A stretch of 64,000 bases of DNA, taken from an uncultured delta proteobacterium (lineage in GTDB: Bacteria; Myxococcota_A; Polyangia; Palsa-1104). Of this stretch, positions 22,479 through 30,869 are shown in pieces (positions within the stretch are counted from its first letter, which is position 1; each line of letters starts with the position of its first letter). A model generated the notes under the pieces. It was not told where the DNA came from and ran no database searches. It saw nothing but the letters and a program-made list of their open reading frames with translations. Both the position numbers and the translations under genes were made by a program. Where the stretch lies: the NCBI GenBank assembly GCA_963785725.1, contig CAWAWS010000007.1, positions 224,001-288,000 of the forward strand. Direction: 5' to 3'.

Positions 22479-25400
22479 GTGTGGATCGTCAAGCTGGCGC
22501 TACGCCGGCCCTACACCTTCGTCGTCGCCTCGATGCTCATCGTGCTGCTCGGAGTCCTCACGATCCTGCGCATGCCCACGGACATCTTCCCCACGATCGA
22601 CATTCCGGTCATCGCGGTGTGCTGGGTCTACACCGGCATTTCGCCGGAGGAGATGGAAGAGCGCATCGTCAGTAACTACGAGCGCGCGCTGACGACGACG
22701 GTCAACGACATCGAGCATATCGAGAGCAACTCGCTCTCGGGCATCTCGGTCGTGAAGATCTATTTCCAGCCGGGCGCGAATATCGACGGAGCGACGGCGC
22801 AAGTCACGGCCATCTCGCAGGCGGTGTTGAAGCAGATGCCGCCCGGGATGACGCCGCCGCTCATCATGCAATACAGCGCGTCGAACGTGCCGGTCTTGCA
22901 AGCGTCGGTGTCGAGCGAGACGCTCGGCGAGCAGGCGCTGCTCGACCTGTCGATGAACTTCTTGCGCGGTGGTCTCGCCGTCGTGCAAGGCGCGCAGATT
23001 CCGTATCCGTTCGGCGGAAAACAGCGCATCGTCATGGTCGACATCGATCCTGACAAGCTCTACGCCTGGGGAATTTCGCCGCAGGATGTCTCCGACGCGA
23101 TCAGCGCGCAGAACCTCATCATCCCCGCGGGCACGGCCAAGATGGGCGACCGCGAATACGCCGTGCGCCTCAACAGCAGCCCCGATCTCGTCGAAGCCTT
23201 CAACGCGCTGCCGATCAAGACGGTGCGCGGCACGACCGTCTACATGCGCGACGTCGCGCACGTGCGCGACGGCTTCTCACCGCAGACGTCGATGGTCCAC
23301 GTCGACGGTAAGAAAGGCGTGCTCGTACCGATTCGGAAGTCCGGCGGCGCCTCGACGCTCGACATCGTGGCGCGCGTGCGCGCGGCGCTGCCGGGAATCT
23401 TGGCGACGTTGCCCAAAGAGTTCCAGCTGACGCTGCTCTTCGATCAGTCGGTGTTCGTGCGCGGCGCGGTCACCGGCGTCGTGCGTGAAGCGGCCATCGC
23501 CGCCGGCTTGACGGGACTTTTGATCCTCTTGTTCTTGGGCAGCTGGCGCTCGACGATCATCGTCCTCGTCTCGATCCCGCTGTCGATCTTGGTGTCGATC
23601 ATCATCCTCGGTTGGCTCGGGCAGACGATGAACACGATGACGCTGGGAGGGCTGGCGCTGGCCGTCGGCATCCTGGTCGACGACGCCACGGTCGAGATCG
23701 AGAACGTCCACCGCAACATCGGCATGCGCAAGACGTTGGTGCGCTCGATCCTCGACGGCGCGCAGCAGATCGCCGTGCCCGCGTTCGTGTCGACCACGTG
23801 TATCTGCATCGTCTTCGTGCCGGTCGTGTTCATCTCGGGCGCGGCCAAGTCGCTGTTCACGCCGCTGGCGATGAGCGTCGTCTTCGCCATGATGACGTCG
23901 TATCTGCTGTCGCGCACGATCGTGCCGACGATGATGAACTTCCTGCTCGTCAAAGAGGCGGCGTCGCATGACCAGCCGCCCAAGACGCGCTTCGAGCATT
24001 TTCACGTCGCCTTCAACCGCAAGTTCGCGCAGCTGCAGCGCGCGTACGGCACGCTCTTGGCCGGCGTGCTCGCCAATCGCCGCCTCTTCTTCGGCGGCTT
24101 CGGCGTGTTCGTCATCTTGTCGCTCGGGCTGCTCGGGCTCGTCGGGCGCGACTTCTTCCCGGCGACCGACGCCGGCCAGATCAAGCTGCACGTGCGCGCG
24201 CCGGCCGGGACGCGCATCGAAGAGACCGAGCGCATCTTCGCGTCGGTGGAGAATACGATTCGCCAGGACATTCCGGCGCACGACCTGGCCAACGTCATCG
24301 ACAACATCGGCTTGCCGATCTCGAGCATCAACACGGCGCTCGGCGATCCGTCGATGATCTCGTCGGCCGACGGCGAAATCCTCATCTCGCTCAAGGAAGA
24401 CCACCGGCCGACGGCCGAATACATTCGCAAGCTGCGCGCCGACTTGAAGAAGAGCTTTCCCTCGATCGGCTTCTTCTTCCTCGCCGCCGACATCTCGACG
24501 CAGGTGTTGAACTTCGGGCTCTCGGCGCCGATCGACATTCAGCTGGCGGGACCGCTGCCGAATCAGCCGGCGAACCAGGAGATCGGCAAGAAGCTGCGCG
24601 ATCAAGTGGCGCTCATTCCCGGCGCCGTCGACGTGCACTTGCATCAGGTGGTCGCGGCGCCGGAGCTGCACGTCAACGTCGACCGCGCGATGGCCGATCA
24701 GCTCGGCTTCTCGCAGCGCGACGTCGCCAACGACCTGTTGGTGACGTTGGCGTCGAGCACGCAGGTGCAGCCCAGCTTTTGGCTCGATACGAAGAAAGGC
24801 GTGCAATACAACGTCGCGGTGCAGACGCCGCAGTACCGGATCGACTCCATCCCGTCGTTTCAGCGCACGCCGATCACCAAGGGCACGACGAGCCAGCTGC
24901 TCGGCAACATGGCGACGATCGATCGCGGCGTCAGCCCCGCGAACATCACGCACTACAACGTCATGCGCACGGTCGACGTGCTCGCCAGCGTCGACGGCAC
25001 CGATCTCGGCACCGTCGCCGACAAGGTGCAGAAGCTCGTCGACGACATCAAGCCCAAGCTGCCGCGCGGCACGAGCATCCTCATTCGCGGCCAAGTGCAG
25101 AGCATGAACGCGTCGTTCCGCGGCCTCAGCCTCGGCATCGTCTTCGCCATCATCCTCGTCTATTTGCTGATGGTCGTGAACTTCCAGTCGTGGCTCGACC
25201 CGTTCATCATCCTGATGGCGCTTCCGGGCGCGCTCTCGGGCATCGCCTGGATGCTGTATTTGACCGGCACGACGCTCAGCGTGCCGTCGCTGATGGGCGC
25301 CATCATGTGCATCGGCGTCGCCACCGCCAACAGCATCTTGCTCATCACGTTCGCCAACGAGCAGCGCGAGCTCGGCTACGACGCGCACGACGCCGCGCTC

Positions 25401-25712
25401 TTGGCTGGCATGACGCGCCTGCGGCCGGTCATGATGACGGCGCTGGCGATGATCATCGGCATGCTGCCGATGTCGCTCGGTCTCGGCGAAGGCGGCGAGC
25501 AGAACGCGCCGCTCGGTCGCGCCGTCATCGGCGGTCTCGGCGTCGCCACCATCGCCACCTTGTTCTTCGTCCCGGCGGTCTACGCTTCGTTGCGCAAGAA
25601 GGCCGTCGTGCGCTCGGAGACGCAGCGCGAGCTCGACGAGGATGACGCCATCGAAGCCGCCGGCGGGCATCGCAAGCCGCCTTCCATCACCACTCCCGAG
25701 GTCGCCAAGTGA
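22479..25712 (+). CDS. RND efflux permease (AcrB/AcrD/AcrF family)
   Basis: 1077 aa; GILVDDATV, RLRPVMMTALAM, APLGRAVIGG. Confidence 0.95.
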   Translation: MWIVKLALRRPYTFVVASMLIVLLGVLTILRMPTDIFPTIDIPVIAVCWVYTGISPEEMEERIVSNYERALTTTVNDIEHIESNSLSGISVVKIYFQPGANIDGATAQVTAISQAVLKQMPPGMTPPLIMQYSASNVPVLQASVSSETLGEQALLDLSMNFLRGGLAVVQGAQIPYPFGGKQRIVMVDIDPDKLYAWGISPQDVSDAISAQNLIIPAGTAKMGDREYAVRLNSSPDLVEAFNALPIKTVRGTTVYMRDVAHVRDGFSPQTSMVHVDGKKGVLVPIRKSGGASTLDIVARVRAALPGILATLPKEFQLTLLFDQSVFVRGAVTGVVREAAIAAGLTGLLILLFLGSWRSTIIVLVSIPLSILVSIIILGWLGQTMNTMTLGGLALAVGILVDDATVEIENVHRNIGMRKTLVRSILDGAQQIAVPAFVSTTCICIVFVPVVFISGAAKSLFTPLAMSVVFAMMTSYLLSRTIVPTMMNFLLVKEAASHDQPPKTRFEHFHVAFNRKFAQLQRAYGTLLAGVLANRRLFFGGFGVFVILSLGLLGLVGRDFFPATDAGQIKLHVRAPAGTRIEETERIFASVENTIRQDIPAHDLANVIDNIGLPISSINTALGDPSMISSADGEILISLKEDHRPTAEYIRKLRADLKKSFPSIGFFFLAADISTQVLNFGLSAPIDIQLAGPLPNQPANQEIGKKLRDQVALIPGAVDVHLHQVVAAPELHVNVDRAMADQLGFSQRDVANDLLVTLASSTQVQPSFWLDTKKGVQYNVAVQTPQYRIDSIPSFQRTPITKGTTSQLLGNMATIDRGVSPANITHYNVMRTVDVLASVDGTDLGTVADKVQKLVDDIKPKLPRGTSILIRGQVQSMNASFRGLSLGIVFAIILVYLLMVVNFQSWLDPFIILMALPGALSGIAWMLYLTGTTLSVPSLMGAIMCIGVATANSILLITFANEQRELGYDAHDAALLAGMTRLRPVMMTALAMIIGMLPMSLGLGEGGEQNAPLGRAVIGGLGVATIATLFFVPAVYASLRKKAVVRSETQRELDEDDAIEAAGGHRKPPSITTPEVAK

Positions 25713-27016
25713 AGAGTTTGCCGAAGCAGGAAGCCGAGAGCGCCGAGCAGCCGTATCGCGCGCCCAAGAAGCCGGAAGCGCACGCGCACGCCGAAGAGAC
25801 GTTGGAGCTGCCGGCGGCGCCGAATCCGAAGCCGGGGACGTTGGCCAAGATCATCTTCGGCGTCATCGTGCTGGTGGCGATCGGCTTCGTCGCCGGTCTC
25901 TTGCCGAAGCTGCATCAGCGCGCGAGCTTGAACGAAGAGGCGGTCACGCTGGCGACGGAGAAGCTGCGCGTGCAAGTGGCGCATCCGAGGCAGTCGGACA
26001 AGCTGACCAAGACGACGCTGCCGGGCACGGTGAGCGCGCTGCGCGAAGCGGTCATTTATGCGCGCACGAGCGGCTATTTGAAGCAGCGCAACGTCGACAT
26101 CGGCGACAAGGTGAAGACGGGGCAGCTGTTGGCGCTGCTGGAGACGCCCGAAGTCGACGAGCAGCTCGGGCAGGCCAAGGCGACGCTGGAGCAGTCGAAG
26201 GCGGCGCGCGAGCAGGTCAAGACGAACCTCGAGTTCGCGCGCATCAGCTTGGAGCGCATTCGTCCGCTGACGCCGGCCGGCGTGGCGTCGCGGCAGGACT
26301 TGGATCAGCGCGAGGCCGCGCATCAGGCGGAGGAGGCGAACTTGCGCGCCGCCGACGCCGCCATCGCCGCCAATCAGGCCAACGTGCGCCGCTTGGTCGA
26401 GCTGCAGAACTTCTCGCACGTCGTGGCGCCGTTCGACGGCACGATCACGGCCCGCAACGTCGACGTGGGCGCGCTCATCACCGCCGGCAACGGCACGGGC
26501 CAGGCGCTGTTCACGCTGGCGGCGTCCGATCCGGTGCGCGTGTTCGTCTCGGTGCCGCAGAGCTTGTCGTCGACGATTCACGCCGGCGATCTGGCGACGC
26601 TGGAAGTGCGCGAGTTCCCCAACCGTAAATTCGCCGGCAAGATCACGCGCGACGCCGCCGCCATCGACGTTCGTTCGCGCACGCTGCTCACCGAAGTGCA
26701 GATTCCGAACAAAGACGGCGCGCTCTTGCCGGGCATGTACGCCAACGTGACGTTCGAGGCGACGCAGCCGCATCCGTCGCTGATGCTCGACGTCAGCACG
26801 CTCATTCAGACGGGCGACGGCACGCAGGTCGCGGTCGTCGGCAAGGACGGCACGCTGCACCTTGCGCCCATCGTCATCGAGCAGGATTTGGGCGCCAAGA
26901 TCGCCATCTCGAGCGGCGTCACCGCCGAGGATCGCGTGGTCCTCAACGCCAACGGCGACCTCCGCGAAGGCCTGGCCGTCGACGCCATTGACGCTCCGGT
27001 CGCTCCAGGTAAGTAA
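25709..27016 (+). CDS. RND periplasmic adaptor (membrane fusion protein)
   Basis: TM, VDIGDKVKTGQLL, coiled coil, APFDGTI, LLPGMY. Confidence 0.93.
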   Translation: MKSLPKQEAESAEQPYRAPKKPEAHAHAEETLELPAAPNPKPGTLAKIIFGVIVLVAIGFVAGLLPKLHQRASLNEEAVTLATEKLRVQVAHPRQSDKLTKTTLPGTVSALREAVIYARTSGYLKQRNVDIGDKVKTGQLLALLETPEVDEQLGQAKATLEQSKAAREQVKTNLEFARISLERIRPLTPAGVASRQDLDQREAAHQAEEANLRAADAAIAANQANVRRLVELQNFSHVVAPFDGTITARNVDVGALITAGNGTGQALFTLAASDPVRVFVSVPQSLSSTIHAGDLATLEVREFPNRKFAGKITRDAAAIDVRSRTLLTEVQIPNKDGALLPGMYANVTFEATQPHPSLMLDVSTLIQTGDGTQVAVVGKDGTLHLAPIVIEQDLGAKIAISSGVTAEDRVVLNANGDLREGLAVDAIDAPVAPGK

Positions 27017-27019
27017 CCC

Positions 27020-28348
27020 ATGCGCACAGCTTCGTTCTCTTTAGTCCTGGTGCTCGTCGGCGCTACGACGAGCCATGCCGCCGACAACACCACCATTCCC
27101 GCCGTGACCTCCACCGACACGACGGTTCCGCCGGTGCCCACCGACGCGCCCGAGCGCGTCTCGTTCGACGTCGCCGTGCAGCGGGCGCTGGCGCGCAACC
27201 CGCAGGTGCTCATCGCGCAGGCGGAGGTCAAGCGCGCCTGGTCGCTGCTGGAAGAGGCGCGCGCGCCGTCGCTGCCGAGCCTGTCGGCGCTCGGCTATTA
27301 CCAGCGCATCGAGGGCAACCGCGGCGCGTCGGGCGTCACCGTCTTGCACGACAACGAGCTCTACGGCGCGCTCAACGTGTCGATGGCGCTGCTGGCGCCG
27401 GCGCAGTGGGCCGCGTGGGCGCACTCGCGCGACAACGTCGAGGTCGCGCGCTTGTCGGCGGCCGACGTGCGCCGCAAGCTGGCCGTCGCCGTCGCGCATA
27501 CCTACCTGACGATCGTGGCGCAGCATCGCGTCATCGACGTGCAGGAGCGAGCGCGCGAGAACGCGCAGGCGCACCTCGATTACACGCACGCGCGGTTCGT
27601 CGGTGGCGTCGGCCCGCAGCTCGACGAGACGCGCGCCGCGCAGGAGCTCGACGCCGACGTCTCGCAGCTCGAGGTCACCTACGGCCAGATCGTGCTGCAG
27701 CAAGAGGCGCTCGGCGTCTTGCTCGGCGTCAATCGCCCGGTCGACTCCGAGCTCGACGTGACGCTGGAGGCGCCGCCGCAGCTCGACGAGGCGCTCGGCG
27801 ATTCGCGCAAGTTGCGCACCGATCTGCGGCTGTCCGAGGAGCGGCTCGTGGCCAGCCAGCACCGCGTGCGCGACGACTACACCGACTATTTGCCGTCGAT
27901 CGTCGGCAGCTTCACGCCGTTCCTGTATACGCCGTCGACGACGTCGGAGCCGGGCAAAGGGTTCGTCGGTTTGTTGTCGTTGAACCTGCCGCTCTATGAC
28001 GGCGGGCTGCGTTACGGCCAGGCGCACGAGCGAGCGGCGTTGCGCGACGAGGCGCAGATCGATCACGAAGGCGTCGCGCGGCAGGTGGCGAGCGATGTGC
28101 GCGCGTCGTATGTCGAGCTGAACCGCGCGCTGCGATCGTTCGAGGCGGCGCGGTCGTCGGCGCGGCGGGCGCAGGCGGCGTTGGCGATGACGAATCAGGC
28201 GTACAAGGCGGGCGCGACGACGAATATCGAGGTCATCGACGCGGAGACGCGGGCGCGTGATGCGGATACGGCGGCGGCGCAGGCGGAGGATGCGGCGAGG
28301 CAGGCGACGATTGACCTGTTGGCGGCTAGCGGGAGGTTTCCGCGGTAG
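27020..28348 (+). CDS. TolC family outer membrane factor
   Basis: Signal peptide, ALARNP, LPLYDGG, YKAGATTNIEVIDA. Confidence 0.9.
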   Translation: MRTASFSLVLVLVGATTSHAADNTTIPAVTSTDTTVPPVPTDAPERVSFDVAVQRALARNPQVLIAQAEVKRAWSLLEEARAPSLPSLSALGYYQRIEGNRGASGVTVLHDNELYGALNVSMALLAPAQWAAWAHSRDNVEVARLSAADVRRKLAVAVAHTYLTIVAQHRVIDVQERARENAQAHLDYTHARFVGGVGPQLDETRAAQELDADVSQLEVTYGQIVLQQEALGVLLGVNRPVDSELDVTLEAPPQLDEALGDSRKLRTDLRLSEERLVASQHRVRDDYTDYLPSIVGSFTPFLYTPSTTSEPGKGFVGLLSLNLPLYDGGLRYGQAHERAALRDEAQIDHEGVARQVASDVRASYVELNRALRSFEAARSSARRAQAALAMTNQAYKAGATTNIEVIDAETRARDADTAAAQAEDAARQATIDLLAASGRFPR

Positions 28349-28354
28349 GTGGTG

Positions 28355-28638
28355 TTGCGCTGCTCGCGCGGAGGCCAAGTCACGCGGGGCGGTGCGGTGG
28401 GCGCGGGTCCTGTCATCGCGAGCATCTTGTCCGTGCTCGTCTGCGCGCGCTGTTCTAGGCGGGCGGCGCTTTCGCTTCCGAGGTTGTGGTGTGAGGAGGG
28501 TGGTGCGTGATCGTGGGGCGCTCCGCCTGCGCGCGGACAAGAAGCTCGCGACGCCACCCGCGTGACGGGTCCGAGTCCCGCGTGGCTTGGCGGGGGTCTG
28601 TGGGGCAGACGATGACTGGCGGAACACGCCCCTGGACG
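28355..28638 (+). repeat. 284-bp structured repeat, copy 1
   Basis: Reverse complement of 29369-29652 with ~8 mismatches counted by eye. Confidence 0.92.
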
Positions 28639-28754
28639 AGCCCCTTTCGACGACTGGCGGGGCAGCCTTGGATGGCGGAACAGCCTTGGGCGAGCGGCGG
28701 AGCACGCTTGGGCGCGCGGTGGAGTTGGCTGGGTTGCGACGAGCGGCGGTCGCG

Positions 28755-29255
28755 TTAGGACAGTTGCTTGAGCATCGTGGCGGCGTCGGAGACTTCGAAC
28801 TTGTTGCCTTCTTCGATGTTCAGCTGCTTGACGATGCCGTCGTCGACGAGCAGGGAGAACCGCTTCATGCGCACGCCCATGCCGTGGCCGCTCAGGTCGA
28901 TGTCGAGGCCGAGCTTCTTGGCGAAGTCGGCGCTGCCGTCGCCGAGGAAGCGGACCTTGCCGATGCCCTTTTCGTCGCGACCCCAGGCGGCCATGACGAA
29001 GCCGTCATTGACCGAGACGCACCAGACTTCGTCGATGCCTTTGGCCTTGAGCGCGTCGCGTTCGGCGATGTAACCGGGGACATGCTTGGCCGAGCAGGTC
29101 GGCGTGTAGGCGCCGGGAAGCCCGAAGATGACGACGCGCTTGCCCTTGGTCGCCTCGGTGACCGACACCGGCTTCGGGCTCAACGGACAAGCCTCGCCAA
29201 ACTCGGTGGACTCGAACAACGTAGCCTCGGCAATCCGATCTCCCACTTTGATCAT
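28755..29255 (-). CDS. Peroxiredoxin (Prx5-like)
   Basis: PGAYTPTCSAKHVPG, SVNDGFVMAAW; AGGAG SD before ATG 29255. Confidence 0.92.
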   Translation of the reverse strand: MIKVGDRIAEATLFESTEFGEACPLSPKPVSVTEATKGKRVVIFGLPGAYTPTCSAKHVPGYIAERDALKAKGIDEVWCVSVNDGFVMAAWGRDEKGIGKVRFLGDGSADFAKKLGLDIDLSGHGMGVRMKRFSLLVDDGIVKQLNIEEGNKFEVSDAATMLKQLS

Positions 29256-29368
29256 TGGCTTCTCCTTGTGCCTTTCCATAAGTCATCCCCACGCCCCATA
29301 TCCACCTGATTCTTCCAAATCCGTGCGCAGCGCGCCGTTCCTCGCCAACGCGTGCGTTTCCTGTCACG

Positions 29369-29652
29369 CGTCCAGGGGCGCGTTCTGCCAGTCATCGTCT
29401 GCCCCACAGACCCCCGCCAAGCCACGCGGGACTCGGACCCATCCCGCGGGTGGCGTCGTGAGCTTCTTGTCCGCGCGCAGGCGGAGCGCCCCACGATCAC
29501 GCACCACCCTCCTCACACCACAACCTCAGAAGCGAAAGCGCCACCCGCCTAGAACAGCGCGCGCAGACGAGCACGGACAAGATGCTCGCGATGACAGGAC
29601 CCGCGCCCACCGCACCACCCCGCGTGACTTGGCCTCCGCGCGAGCAGCGCAA
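29369..29652 (-). repeat. 284-bp structured repeat, copy 2 (inverted)
   Basis: Inverted near-identical copy of 28355-28638; terminal TTGCGCTGCTCGCG duplicated at 29656-29669. Confidence 0.92.
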
Positions 29653-29675
29653 ACTCGCGAGCAGCGCAACCCCGC

Positions 29676-30839
29676 CTACTCGAACGCCGCCAACCCCGTA
29701 ATGTCCTGCCCCACGATCAACGTGTGAATATGATCGGTGCCTTCGTACGTGAACACCGACTCCAAATTACACATATGGCGTCCCGACTGATACTCGTCGG
29801 TGACGCCGTTGGCGCCCAACAGATCGCGCGCATCCCGCGCCACGTTGCGCGCCATCTTCACGTTGTTGCGCTTGGCCAACGAGACCTGCTGCGGCCGCGC
29901 CTTGTGCGACTCCTTCAGCTTCCCCAACCGCCACGACAGCAGCTGCGCCTTGGTGATCTCCTGCACCATATTGACGAGCTTGTCCTGCACCAGCTGGTAA
30001 CCGGCGATGGGCCGTTTGAACTGCACGCGGTCCTTCGTGTATCGGAGCGCCTCGTCGTAACACGCCATCGCCGCGCCAATTGCGCCCCAGGAAATGCCGT
30101 AGCGCGCCTGGCTCAAGCATGACAACGGGCCCTTCAACCCGGTGACGCCGGGCAGGAAGCTGTCGAGCGGCACCGCGCAGTCTTCCATGATGAGCTCGCT
30201 CGTCACCGAGGCGCGCAGGCTGAACTTGCCCTCGATGTCGCGCGTCGAGAAGCCGGGCGTGCCGCGCTCGACGAGAAAGCCGCGCACGCCGTCGTCCGTG
30301 CGCGCCCACACGAGCGCCACGTCGGCCAAGCCGCCCGAGGTAATCCAACGCTTTTCGCCGTTGAGCACCCACTTGTCGCCGACGCGCTTGGCGTTGGTGC
30401 GCAAGTCGCTCGGGTTCGACCCGAAGTCGGGCTCGGTCAGGCCGAAGCAGCCGATGGCTTCACCGCGCGCCATCTTGGGCAGCCAGCGGTCCTTCTGCGC
30501 GTCCGAGCCGTAGGCGTGGATCGGATACATGACCAGCGAGCTCTGCACCGACGCGAAGCTGCGAAAGCCCGAGTCACAGCGCTCGAGCTCCTGGTTGATG
30601 AGGCCATACGCGATCGGCCCCAAGCCCGCGCAGCCGTAGCCTTCCAAGGACGCGCCGAGCGCGCCCATCTCGCCGAGGCGACGCGGCAGCTCCTTCGGAA
30701 ACGTGCCGGCGCGGAAGTGTTTGGCGACGATGGGCATGAGCTCGTCGTCGACGAAGCGGCGGAAGGTGTCGCGCACCAGGCGCTCGTCGTCGGTGAGCAG
30801 CTCGTCGAGCGCGAAATAATCGAGTCCGGAAAACGGCAT
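29676..30839 (-). CDS. gcdH: Acyl-CoA dehydrogenase, glutaryl-CoA dehydrogenase-like
   Basis: SVQSSLVMYPI, GCFGLTEPDFGS, KFSLRASVT, TYEGT..IH.LI.G. Confidence 0.85.
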   Translation of the reverse strand: MPFSGLDYFALDELLTDDERLVRDTFRRFVDDELMPIVAKHFRAGTFPKELPRRLGEMGALGASLEGYGCAGLGPIAYGLINQELERCDSGFRSFASVQSSLVMYPIHAYGSDAQKDRWLPKMARGEAIGCFGLTEPDFGSNPSDLRTNAKRVGDKWVLNGEKRWITSGGLADVALVWARTDDGVRGFLVERGTPGFSTRDIEGKFSLRASVTSELIMEDCAVPLDSFLPGVTGLKGPLSCLSQARYGISWGAIGAAMACYDEALRYTKDRVQFKRPIAGYQLVQDKLVNMVQEITKAQLLSWRLGKLKESHKARPQQVSLAKRNNVKMARNVARDARDLLGANGVTDEYQSGRHMCNLESVFTYEGTDHIHTLIVGQDITGLAAFE

Positions 30840-30869
30840 GCGATCTGCTTATCACATATACTTTCGAGC

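Noticed and set aside
28755..29255. Selenoprotein peroxiredoxin
   Set aside because: The catalytic residue is encoded by TGC (Cys)
28195..29727. ORFs spanning the 284-bp repeats as protein genes
   Set aside because: Their similarity only reflects the repeat; no SD or protein-like composition
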